Below the pieces are notes generated by a model. The model ran no database searches. It was not told the origin of the DNA and saw nothing but the letters and a program-made list of their open reading frames with translations. A program made the position numbers and the translations under genes. Shown piece by piece: positions 17,300 through 26,079 of a DNA stretch of 64,000 nucleotides (its first letter is position 1; each line of letters opens with the position of its first letter). Origin of the DNA: Halobacteriovoraceae bacterium (GTDB lineage: Bacteria > Bdellovibrionota > Bacteriovoracia > Bacteriovoracales > Bacteriovoracaceae); the NCBI GenBank assembly GCA_963719505.1, contig CAVRCF010000001.1, positions 448,001-512,000 of the forward strand. Reading direction: 5' to 3'.

Positions 17300-18064
17300 A
17301 TGAGAAATAAAATAGATTTTGTTGAAATTTTGGCTATCTTAAATCAAATTAAGCCACAAATTTGTCAATTTATTGACTCAAAAATGAATGATTTTGAGTC
17401 TTTAGAACTTTCTCATAAGCGAGATGATTCACCAGTAACTATAATTGATTTAGAAATCTCACGGATTTTCAAAAAAGCCTTTATAGAATCGTTCCCTCAC
17501 CTAAATTTCTATTCAGAAGAGGACCCAGAGAACTTTATATACCCATGCGTTATTCTCGATCCTATTGATGGAACAAAGGAGTTGGCTCAAGGTGTGGACG
17601 AGTGTGCGATTTCTTTTGGAATCTACTTCTCAGGAGACTTTGATGATGAAGACAATTTCTCTTGGATTTTTAACCCTTTCAATAATTTGAAGGCGCACAG
17701 CGCCCAAAAATACATAAATTCGAGAAAGAAGAAAAGGTCGTCTCTTTACGGACTGGTCTCTAATACAGAGTTTGAGGCGGATTTATACGGTAACAATTAT
17801 AGTGGCGTTATGGTCATGCCTAAGGGGAGCATAGCCTACAAGCTAGCGCTGTTGAGCCAAGGCGTGTGTGACTTTGTTATGACGAAAAAACCCAAGAATA
17901 TTTGGGATATTATGGCCGGAAGCCATCTTTGCCATCGAAAGGGAATAGCTCTCTTTCAAGGTGAAAAACAACTCAGCTCCTTAGATTCAGCTCTAATTGA
18001 AGGGCCACTTATTTGGTGTAAAAAAGAAGACTTTCCAAAAATAAAAAAGCTAATTCAAAAGTGA
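17300..18064 (+). CDS. Inositol monophosphatase / CysQ family phosphatase
   Basis: SPVT..D, SEE, LDPIDGTKE, GSIAYKL, WDIMAG. Confidence 0.88.
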   Translation: MRNKIDFVEILAILNQIKPQICQFIDSKMNDFESLELSHKRDDSPVTIIDLEISRIFKKAFIESFPHLNFYSEEDPENFIYPCVILDPIDGTKELAQGVDECAISFGIYFSGDFDDEDNFSWIFNPFNNLKAHSAQKYINSRKKKRSSLYGLVSNTEFEADLYGNNYSGVMVMPKGSIAYKLALLSQGVCDFVMTKKPKNIWDIMAGSHLCHRKGIALFQGEKQLSSLDSALIEGPLIWCKKEDFPKIKKLIQK

Positions 18065-18079
18065 AATAGATCGCAGTAT

Positions 18080-18104
18080 TTCGAGTTCAATAATTGAACT
18101 CGAA
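18080..18104. repeat. Perfect inverted repeat with 12-bp arms
   Basis: TTCGAGTTCAAT-A-ATTGAACTCGAA upstream of the sigma54 activator. Confidence 0.7.
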
Positions 18105-18145
18105 TGGTTTATTGATTAAAACTCCCTCAGCAAAAGGAGGGAAAT

Positions 18146-19054
18146 GTGCTAACAAAAAATCACCTTACAAAAATTCAAAGTTCTATTTTAATCGAAGGAG
18201 AGCCTGGCAGCGGAAAGAGTCATCTTGCAAAATGGGTTCACAACAACTCAGATAGATCTGAGAAAAACTTTATTCAAGTCAATATTGCGAGTCTTCACAA
18301 AGGTCTTTTTGAGAGCGAACTTTTTGGTCACAAAAAGGGAAGCTTTACAGGGGCACATATGGATAAGGAAGGTTTTTGTTCCAAAGCTCAAAGAGGAACA
18401 CTTTTTATCGACGAAATCGGTGAACTCTTTCTCGACCAACAAAAAGCCCTACTCAGCTTATTAGAGGAGAGAATATACTATCCTGTCGGCTCTAGCGAAA
18501 AATTGCATTTCAACGGAACTTTTATTTTTGCCACAAATAAAAATCTGGAAAAAGAAGTTGAAAGAGGGAACTTCAGAGAAGACCTCTATCATCGCCTAAG
18601 GGCTTATAGTTTTCAAACCCAACGATTTAGTCAGTGGAGAGATAAAAAGTTTATTATTTTGGAGGAGTTTGAGAAGGCTAAGATTAAACATGATAAAAAA
18701 AACTTAATTCTCTCCTCTGAGATAAAACAGTTTCTTTATTCTTACGATTTTCCGGGAAACTTCAGAGAACTTCTTCAAATAATAGACTATTGCACTTTTA
18801 TTGCTGAAAATAGAGTCGAAATCGTCCACCTTCCGATTTGGACAAAGTCTAGGCCTGAACAAAAACCCATGACAGATAGCTACTACGAGGCTTTGGAGAG
18901 CTTTGAGTCAGTCTTCTTAAAAAGGAAACTCGAAAAGTATCAAGGCAGAATAAACTACACGGCACAAATGGTGAAAATAAGTAAGGTTACATTGATTTCA
19001 AAGATAAAAAAATATGGTATTAATATACAAGAGTTTAAAATGATTAATGTTTAG
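18146..19054 (+). CDS. sigma54-dependent enhancer-binding protein lacking an N-terminal regulatory domain
   Basis: GEPGSGKS near the N-terminus, ESELFGHKKGSFTGA, FIDEIG, FREDLYHRL, FPGNFREL, C-terminal Fis-type HTH. Confidence 0.92.
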   Translation: MLTKNHLTKIQSSILIEGEPGSGKSHLAKWVHNNSDRSEKNFIQVNIASLHKGLFESELFGHKKGSFTGAHMDKEGFCSKAQRGTLFIDEIGELFLDQQKALLSLLEERIYYPVGSSEKLHFNGTFIFATNKNLEKEVERGNFREDLYHRLRAYSFQTQRFSQWRDKKFIILEEFEKAKIKHDKKNLILSSEIKQFLYSYDFPGNFRELLQIIDYCTFIAENRVEIVHLPIWTKSRPEQKPMTDSYYEALESFESVFLKRKLEKYQGRINYTAQMVKISKVTLISKIKKYGINIQEFKMINV

Positions 19055-19068
19055 AAGACTGGAAAATT

Positions 19069-19662
19069 ATGGGATTTAAAGTTCAAGACCACTATTTTAA
19101 TAAAGCTAAGAAAGAGAACTACTTTGCAAGAAGTGTTTATAAGCTTGAAGAAATTGATAAAAAACATAAAGTGATTAAAAAAAACGACCACGTTATGGAT
19201 TTTGGCTATCATCCAGGTTCTTGGACTCAGTATACAGCGAAAAAAGTCGGTGAAAAAGGATCCGTAGTTGGAATAGATATAAGAGAGATCAACACCAAGC
19301 TTGAAGTACTTCCCAATGTTCGTGTCTATCAGAAAGATATTAATGATGTAAAAGACTTATCGGAGCTTGGCACGCAGGAACAATTTGACGTTGTCATCTC
19401 AGACATGGCGCCAAATACAACGGGCATAAAATCTGTCGATCAAATCAGAAGTTTGCAACTCGTTGAAATGTGTTTTTATCACCTTAAACAATTTTTAAAG
19501 CCCGGAGGAAACTTTGTTATAAAGGTTTTTGACTCTAACGATGCTCAACAATATTTAAAAACAGAAAGAAAAAACTTCGAAAGCTTTCACTATTTAAAAC
19601 CAAAATCTACCAGAGACGTAAGTAAAGAGTTTTTTGTGATTGGACTGGGCTATAAAGGATGA
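19069..19662 (+). CDS. rlmE: 23S rRNA Um2552 methyltransferase RlmE
   Basis: DHYFNKAKKENYFARSVYKL, PGSWTQY, SDMAPNTTG, KVF, KPKSTR. Confidence 0.93.
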   Translation: MGFKVQDHYFNKAKKENYFARSVYKLEEIDKKHKVIKKNDHVMDFGYHPGSWTQYTAKKVGEKGSVVGIDIREINTKLEVLPNVRVYQKDINDVKDLSELGTQEQFDVVISDMAPNTTGIKSVDQIRSLQLVEMCFYHLKQFLKPGGNFVIKVFDSNDAQQYLKTERKNFESFHYLKPKSTRDVSKEFFVIGLGYKG

Positions 19663-20876
19663 AGTTACTTCTCATTTTTCTTTTTACAAGCCAAGCTTTT
19701 GCCAATCTAAATTTTGGTAAAGATTTCTCACTCACTAAATTTGATTTTGATAAATTCAAAATAGAATTCAATGAAAAGTTTTTTAACGGAATTTTTCCAG
19801 ATACAATCTCTTCGAATGATAAAGACTTTGATGTTACCTACAGCATAAATAAAAATTTAGAAAAGCAAGTTAAGAGATATTTGAGAAGGTATCGATCCGA
19901 CTACGCTTCAGTGGTCATCATTGATAATAACACTGGCGAAGTCCTAACAGCTATAGATTATACTAAAGAGACTAAAGAGTTTGGTACCGCTATAACTTTT
20001 TCAAGCACTAATCCGGCGGCAAGTATTTTTAAGGTCATTACAGCTGCTGATCTTTTAGAAAACAAAAAGGTTGATAGTGAAACCCCTTTTAGTTACTCAG
20101 GACGCTCTTCTACACTTTATAAATATCAATTAAAAAATAAAAAAAATAAATGGACCAGAACGATTCCTTTTAAGAAGGCTTTCGCAAGATCTAATAATGT
20201 TATTTTTGGTAAAGCGGCTCAAAAAAATACAACAGCATTAAGTATTCAGAACACTGCTAATAAGTTTGGCTTTAATAGTAATGACCTCTTTCAACTCTTA
20301 GATGTCGGCGAGTCACAAGTCTTTACGGCAACAACCAATTATGGTCTTGCTGAGTTAGCTTCGGGATTTAATAAAGCGACGATGATTTCACCAGTCCATG
20401 GAGCTGTTATTGCCTCTGTTATAGCCAATAAGGGATACCTTATTAATCCGAAGTTAGTGACGAGGGTTTATGACTCTAAAAATGAAAGAGAAATATGGAA
20501 GCCTGAACATGTCAAAAAGCAAGTCCTTACAAATGAGTCTGCTGATGAGTTAGATAAAATGATGAGGTTGACTGTTGAAGCTGGGACAGCTCGTGGAGCT
20601 TTTAGAGCGAGGAAGATGAGAAGAATTAGAAACATAGACGTTGCAGGAAAGACGGGAAGTATTACTGGTGGAGTTCCTTTTGGGAAGCGAGATTGGTTCG
20701 TGTCTTACGCAAAGCCCAATGATAAACCTGATGACAATGGAATTTCAGTTTGTGTTATGATTGTTAACGTAAAGAAGTGGTATATTAAATCGACATACCT
20801 TGCTAAAAAAATCATTCAATATTATTATGATGACTTACAAAGATTAGAATCCAAAACAAAAGTGGTAAAAAAATGA
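19659..20876 (+). CDS. Penicillin-binding protein, transpeptidase domain only, with signal peptide
   Basis: SxxK (ASIFK), SxN (SNN), KTG (GKTGS); N-terminal signal ending AFA. Confidence 0.85.
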   Translation: MKLLLIFLFTSQAFANLNFGKDFSLTKFDFDKFKIEFNEKFFNGIFPDTISSNDKDFDVTYSINKNLEKQVKRYLRRYRSDYASVVIIDNNTGEVLTAIDYTKETKEFGTAITFSSTNPAASIFKVITAADLLENKKVDSETPFSYSGRSSTLYKYQLKNKKNKWTRTIPFKKAFARSNNVIFGKAAQKNTTALSIQNTANKFGFNSNDLFQLLDVGESQVFTATTNYGLAELASGFNKATMISPVHGAVIASVIANKGYLINPKLVTRVYDSKNEREIWKPEHVKKQVLTNESADELDKMMRLTVEAGTARGAFRARKMRRIRNIDVAGKTGSITGGVPFGKRDWFVSYAKPNDKPDDNGISVCVMIVNVKKWYIKSTYLAKKIIQYYYDDLQRLESKTKVVKK

Positions 20877-21646
20877 GTGAAGTTTCAAGTGAGTCTCTAG
20901 AACAGGATGGGACGCAAAAGTTATCAAAAATGCAAAAATTTAAAAAAGAAGCCAAGTCGATAACTTTTATCATCATTGCTGTTCTTGCATTTAGATCTAC
21001 ATTTTTTGAACCCTTTAAAATTCCTTCAGGATCAATGATACCAACACTTTTAATCGGGGACTTTATTCTCGTTAATAAATTCTCCTATGGATTTAAGGTC
21101 CCTTTTTCCGATTGGTTCTCAGATCCCATTTATATAACAGGACCAGATCAGCCAGACAGAGGTGATGTCGTGGTTTTTAAGTATCCAAATGATACGTCAC
21201 TTAATTATATTAAAAGAGTCGTGGGTCTTCCCGGTGATACTGTTCAGATGATTAACCGAGTTATTTATATAAATGACCAACCAATTGAGGCAACACCAAT
21301 TGAGGCATCAGCCTTCATGGAAGATATGGATGAAAAATATAAAGTTTATAATTTAGAATTCTTCAAAACAAAAACTGGTGATGCTGAACACATAACGCAA
21401 ATTGATGCTGATAACTACTACTCAAGCGACTTTTCAAAGCTTGAGGTTCCAAAAGGTCATTACTTTGTGATGGGTGACAATAGAGATTTCTCTGCAGATT
21501 CTAGAAGTTGGGGATTTGTCCCCTTTGGACATATTAAGGGTAAAGCCGTTTTAATTTGGTTTTCAACCAATATTCCTTTTCCTGGCGCTGATGCCGGAGA
21601 TGTTTTCACTTTCAGACCATGGCGTATAGGTAACTTAATTAAGTAA
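20873..21646 (+). CDS. lepB: Signal peptidase I
   Basis: IPSGSMIPTL, RGDVVVF, YIKRVVGLPGD, GDNRDFSADSR. Confidence 0.96.
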   Translation: MSEVSSESLEQDGTQKLSKMQKFKKEAKSITFIIIAVLAFRSTFFEPFKIPSGSMIPTLLIGDFILVNKFSYGFKVPFSDWFSDPIYITGPDQPDRGDVVVFKYPNDTSLNYIKRVVGLPGDTVQMINRVIYINDQPIEATPIEASAFMEDMDEKYKVYNLEFFKTKTGDAEHITQIDADNYYSSDFSKLEVPKGHYFVMGDNRDFSADSRSWGFVPFGHIKGKAVLIWFSTNIPFPGADAGDVFTFRPWRIGNLIK

Positions 21647-24002
21647 GAACCACTCTTGTTTCACCGTCATTACCTGTGTCATTCGAATCGGCTTTTATCG
21701 ATTTGTTCTTTTTGATAAAGTCCCTAAGCCAGCCTTTGAGAGTTCCGTTACCATGACCATGAATAAAGCAGACAAATGGTACTGAGTCTGTCAGAAGGTC
21801 TGAGACTGCTGACTCCACGACGCTTTGAAACTCCTCAAGTCTCATGCCACGACAATCATACTCGAGCTTTGCATTACTATTTTGAGGGTACTTAACTTGA
21901 ACATTACTTTGACCTTTCACTTTATGAGCGATTCTTAAAGAATCCATAGGACACTTTATACTCATGAGTCCTTTTGATACTTGAACTTCTTTTTTTCTCT
22001 CATTGATAGATTTAACTAAAACGGTTTGGCCTAAGAAGACTGAAAAATAGCTTTTTCCTACCTCTATGTTTTGAGGTTTTTTCATATGACTATATTTATC
22101 ACTGATTGGTTTAACTTTTTTATTTATAGGCTTTAGTTCAAAAAGAAGAGATTTGATTTCGTCATCTTTTTTATCGAGTTGCCTCTTACTTTCAATTTTA
22201 CCTGACTTTGCCTTGTGAAAATGACTTTGAGCTTTATCTAGAACTCGTTTAATTTTCTCTTCTAGATTAGAAACTTTCTCTTCAAGTTTTAGCTGATAAA
22301 CTCCCTCCATAGATTTCTTTTTGTTCTTAATTTGAATATTCAAATCTTTATTTTCTCTTAAAAGTTTATCGAGTTCATTTTCTTTTGCACCAATTTTTTC
22401 CAAAAGCGATTCATAATTGAGCATTTTATTGTCTAGGATTCGCTTTGCCTTTTCTACAATTCTTAAACTCTGTGGGCTATCACCATTGAGTTTTGTAAAT
22501 ACTTTAAGCGCCTGGGAGCTTCCTGGAGCCCCGGTGTGTAGATTATAACTTGGCTTATTCGTTTCTGTATCAAAGCCAACATGAGCTGAAACAAAGTGGT
22601 TTTTGTCGTGCATAAGAGTTTTAAGCATTTGATGGTGTGTTGATACTAAAAAATGCGTTTCACTTACTCCACTGATCTCTTCAAATAAAGAAAGGGCAAG
22701 CGCTGAGGCTTCTTCCGAGGAGGTGGAATTAAAAATTTCATCAATTATAATAAGATTTGTCGGCGCCAGCTTAACTAAAAGTTCTGAATAGTTTTTTACC
22801 TCAGAGGCGAAAGAACTTAGCCCCTCTGGTAGGTTTTGACCGTCGTTACCAAAATAATGAATGCCCTCGTAGAGGTGGATGGTCGCATTGTCGGCGGGAA
22901 TAAAGAGTCCGAATTTTAAAAATATCTGAATAAGTGCAATAGACTTTAAAGTTGCTGTCTTGCCCCCAGTATTTGGCCCAGAAATTATCATTCCATTTGA
23001 AGTGGGGAGAATCTCGATATCATTTTTTACTGGATCTTTAATGAGTGGATGATACATGCCTTTGATAATAACTTCTCGATTTTTTGAAAGAGTAGCTTTT
23101 ATATAATCATTAGTATGAGCAAACTTCATCCTCGTTAAATACTCATCTACATATTGAATAGTTAAAGAGATTAAAGCCAAGTGGTCATGTACTTGTGTTA
23201 GAGCATTCGAAAACTTGAGCGTAAGGGAGTTTAATTCTTTATCAAGTTTTAAAACAAGCTCTAAGCGAGCAATATTCATATTTTTGATCTTTGAAGGTTC
23301 AATAAATAAGGTTTGACCTGAGTCCGAGCGTGAAACGATTTGTCCTAGGGTCGATTGATAGGAGTCACTTTTAACTGGAAGGACGTATCTGTCGTTTATT
23401 AAATCAAAACTATCAAATTGTAATTTGGAGCTCCACTGAGAATCAGACATTAACCCTTGTAAACTCTTTCGGATATTTTGTTCGAGATCAATTTTTTCTT
23501 TGTAGAGAACTTTTAAAAGAGGATGCTTAAAATAGTCAATTTCACCATCAGTGCTGACAAAGCTGCGAAACTCTTTTAGAAAGGTATTTAGGTACTTTCT
23601 TTTTATATTGTGGAAATCATGTTTTTCTTCCTTAGTAAAACCTAAGTCAAAAAGATCAAAATAGTTTTCCAAATACAATTCGATTCCAAGGGCTATCTCA
23701 TTGAGCTGAGTGAAGTCGAAGACAGCAGACTTTGAGGATTTACTCATACAATCAAAAATAGATCCCGATGGATCTAGAACAACTAAAGCGGAAGATATAT
23801 CCTTGATTGCAGTACTATGATACTTTTCTAATAAAAGCTGGGTCCTATCAAGAGTCTTTTGAATATCGTGGACAGTTTTAGGTATAAAAATCTTTGTTTT
23901 AACCGTATCATAAAAATGGGCGTGACCCTCGAGCTGATGACTAATTAGAGGCCACTCTAAAAGTTTTAGAATCTCAGGGTCCAAAAAAAATTGAGAACTC
24001 AT
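21639..24002 (-). CDS. mutS2: MutS2 (ribosome-collision ATPase with KOW and Smr domains)
   Basis: SGQTLFIEP, SGPNTGGKT, LSSFAS, IIDE, STHH, G.PGSS.A, C-terminal DCRG...IHGHGNG. Confidence 0.93.
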   Translation of the reverse strand: MSSQFFLDPEILKLLEWPLISHQLEGHAHFYDTVKTKIFIPKTVHDIQKTLDRTQLLLEKYHSTAIKDISSALVVLDPSGSIFDCMSKSSKSAVFDFTQLNEIALGIELYLENYFDLFDLGFTKEEKHDFHNIKRKYLNTFLKEFRSFVSTDGEIDYFKHPLLKVLYKEKIDLEQNIRKSLQGLMSDSQWSSKLQFDSFDLINDRYVLPVKSDSYQSTLGQIVSRSDSGQTLFIEPSKIKNMNIARLELVLKLDKELNSLTLKFSNALTQVHDHLALISLTIQYVDEYLTRMKFAHTNDYIKATLSKNREVIIKGMYHPLIKDPVKNDIEILPTSNGMIISGPNTGGKTATLKSIALIQIFLKFGLFIPADNATIHLYEGIHYFGNDGQNLPEGLSSFASEVKNYSELLVKLAPTNLIIIDEIFNSTSSEEASALALSLFEEISGVSETHFLVSTHHQMLKTLMHDKNHFVSAHVGFDTETNKPSYNLHTGAPGSSQALKVFTKLNGDSPQSLRIVEKAKRILDNKMLNYESLLEKIGAKENELDKLLRENKDLNIQIKNKKKSMEGVYQLKLEEKVSNLEEKIKRVLDKAQSHFHKAKSGKIESKRQLDKKDDEIKSLLFELKPINKKVKPISDKYSHMKKPQNIEVGKSYFSVFLGQTVLVKSINERKKEVQVSKGLMSIKCPMDSLRIAHKVKGQSNVQVKYPQNSNAKLEYDCRGMRLEEFQSVVESAVSDLLTDSVPFVCFIHGHGNGTLKGWLRDFIKKNKSIKADSNDTGNDGETRVVLT

Positions 24003-25320
24003 GATACAAACTTATAATGATATCGCACAAGAAATCCAGAACTTTCGCAAGAAGTTTGGTGAATATGCTCAAATTCAAAAGATATACAGCTCCTCTCAGT
24101 TTATAAGCCTTCAAATACGTCTTCCGGGTAAAAGCTTCTATCTCTACTTTGGTAGAGGGCATCAATTTGAGGGCTTTTGGTTGGGCGAGAAGCAAATTGA
24201 AAGTGCACTGAGAAAAAGAGACCAATTTTTGGAATATTTCAGGCGATATTTGTCAGCATCGGTTCTTCTTAATCTTCAATTAGACTCAAAAGATAGAATT
24301 ACAAAAATTGACTACGGGAGGTTTGGACACACAAATAGAATGTTTCTCTTTTATAAAGGACGAGAACTCTACTTTGCCAATATCTATTTCGATGAAAAGA
24401 TAAAGAGATTCAAAACTTTCTGCTCTTGGATAAAAGGGACTCTTGATTTTGAAGCTAATGATTTTGAAATCTTTGATGAGATTGGTCGAAAAGACATCGA
24501 TAAATCAGCACCACTTCGAGAACCAAAGAGTATCGATAAACTCCTAAAAGTCGAAAAAGAGAAAGCCATCCAATTATTATCCTCCGGAAAGTCTAAGAAG
24601 TTTCTTGTAAGGAAGAAGAAAAACATTACCAATGATATTGATCAAGTCAATCGTTGGCCTGAGTTAGCGGAATTTATTCAAAATAATGAAAGTTTTGAAA
24701 AATTGAAACGAAAAGAAAAAATTAAGGGCTTTAAGATAAATTTTAAAAATGCAGATCATTATAAAAGACAAGATGAGCTTTACACGAAGGTTAAGAAGCT
24801 GAAAAAAGCGCAAAAAATTCTTGCTTTAAGATTATCGGATACTGAAAAAAGTCTAGATAAACAGATGACTCAATTACATGACTTTGAGAATAAACTTAAA
24901 ATTATTAAGCCCATTTGGGCTCAGTCATTTAAAGCTGATACGGTTGAAGTAACTGCTGAAAATGGATATAAAGTGTTTGATCTTGATCGTTTTAAATTAG
25001 CTGTCGGAATTTCGGCGGCGGGGAATGATCAGATGAGGAAAAGTTGGGCGAGTAAAGAGGATATGTGGTTTCACGCCCATGGAGACAAGTCTCCCCATAT
25101 TATCATCAAAACTGATCAGCCTTTAGATATGGAGTTATTCCAGAAAGTAGCAAGTGCAATGATTCATTTTATGGGAACTAAAAAGTCTGATGTGAATCTA
25201 ATGTATTGTCCCGTTAAAAATATTAAAGGTGTGAAAGGCGTTCAAGGCTCGGTGACCTTTAAAAAGGAAAAGTATATAAATGTTATTATTGAAAACGATT
25301 GGACTACTCTTATCAATTAG
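24001..25320 (+). CDS. rqcH: NFACT family protein, RqcH/FbpA-like (ribosome quality control)
   Basis: NFACT-N with KDRI motif at about residue 98; NFACT-R GND...DMWFHA...SPHIII...KGV.G.V.F; shorter than Bacillus RqcH. Confidence 0.75.
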   Translation: MIQTYNDIAQEIQNFRKKFGEYAQIQKIYSSSQFISLQIRLPGKSFYLYFGRGHQFEGFWLGEKQIESALRKRDQFLEYFRRYLSASVLLNLQLDSKDRITKIDYGRFGHTNRMFLFYKGRELYFANIYFDEKIKRFKTFCSWIKGTLDFEANDFEIFDEIGRKDIDKSAPLREPKSIDKLLKVEKEKAIQLLSSGKSKKFLVRKKKNITNDIDQVNRWPELAEFIQNNESFEKLKRKEKIKGFKINFKNADHYKRQDELYTKVKKLKKAQKILALRLSDTEKSLDKQMTQLHDFENKLKIIKPIWAQSFKADTVEVTAENGYKVFDLDRFKLAVGISAAGNDQMRKSWASKEDMWFHAHGDKSPHIIIKTDQPLDMELFQKVASAMIHFMGTKKSDVNLMYCPVKNIKGVKGVQGSVTFKKEKYINVIIENDWTTLIN

Positions 25321-25993
25321 TGTTTTTGCAGCAGCAGAAAGAAGAGACTTCTGGCCTGAAAGCGCAAATATGAATGCCAATATTGGCAATTTTTCGGTGT
25401 CTATAAAGACCGACAGCTTTAAAGAAATTTTAAACTCAAATAAGAGTCTTTCATATAGGTATTTCTGGTCAAAAGATAAAGACTTCCTCGACTGTAGTGA
25501 GCCTTCAATCTGTCCTATCTTACTAAATAAAATTAAAATACTTACCGGTGATAATTTAAATAAATTTCTCGAGAAATATGTTTTTGTAGAAAAAGATAAT
25601 GGATGGCATAAATACAAAGATGGGAGTGGGGCTGAGGACTATTCTGATGTTTCAATTAAATATGAAAACGATATGCTTTATATTATACAAAAAAATCCAA
25701 CCGGAACCGAATATATCAATTACACTTTTAAAAAAGACGAGCATGGTCTAGCTCTCACTACAGTTGAGCATAAGTCTTATGTTGGTCTTCAAAAATTTAG
25801 GACAATTACCACCCTTGAATATGGTAAACTTAGGAAATTGAGATTTCCGACGAAAGTCATTATGGCGACAAACCAGTCTCTCATTACAAAAGATATCAAG
25901 ACCCCAAAACGGAAGGTGCGTGAAATCTACGACTTTACTGACTATAAAATTAATGACAAATCTAATCTCGAAAGGTTGAGTCGATCTAAGTAG
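25280..25993 (+). CDS. Exported hypothetical protein
   Basis: Signal peptide ending VFA; beta-rich composition; overlaps the rqcH 3' end. Confidence 0.6.
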   Translation: MLLLKTIGLLLSISVFAAAERRDFWPESANMNANIGNFSVSIKTDSFKEILNSNKSLSYRYFWSKDKDFLDCSEPSICPILLNKIKILTGDNLNKFLEKYVFVEKDNGWHKYKDGSGAEDYSDVSIKYENDMLYIIQKNPTGTEYINYTFKKDEHGLALTTVEHKSYVGLQKFRTITTLEYGKLRKLRFPTKVIMATNQSLITKDIKTPKRKVREIYDFTDYKINDKSNLERLSRSK

Positions 25994-26079
25994 TTGAATT
26001 TAATGTCTGTCTCGTGTAAAAAATACAATTTAAACGCCTAAATTCAGCAATTTAGCGCTTTGCGTTGTATTGTTGATTT

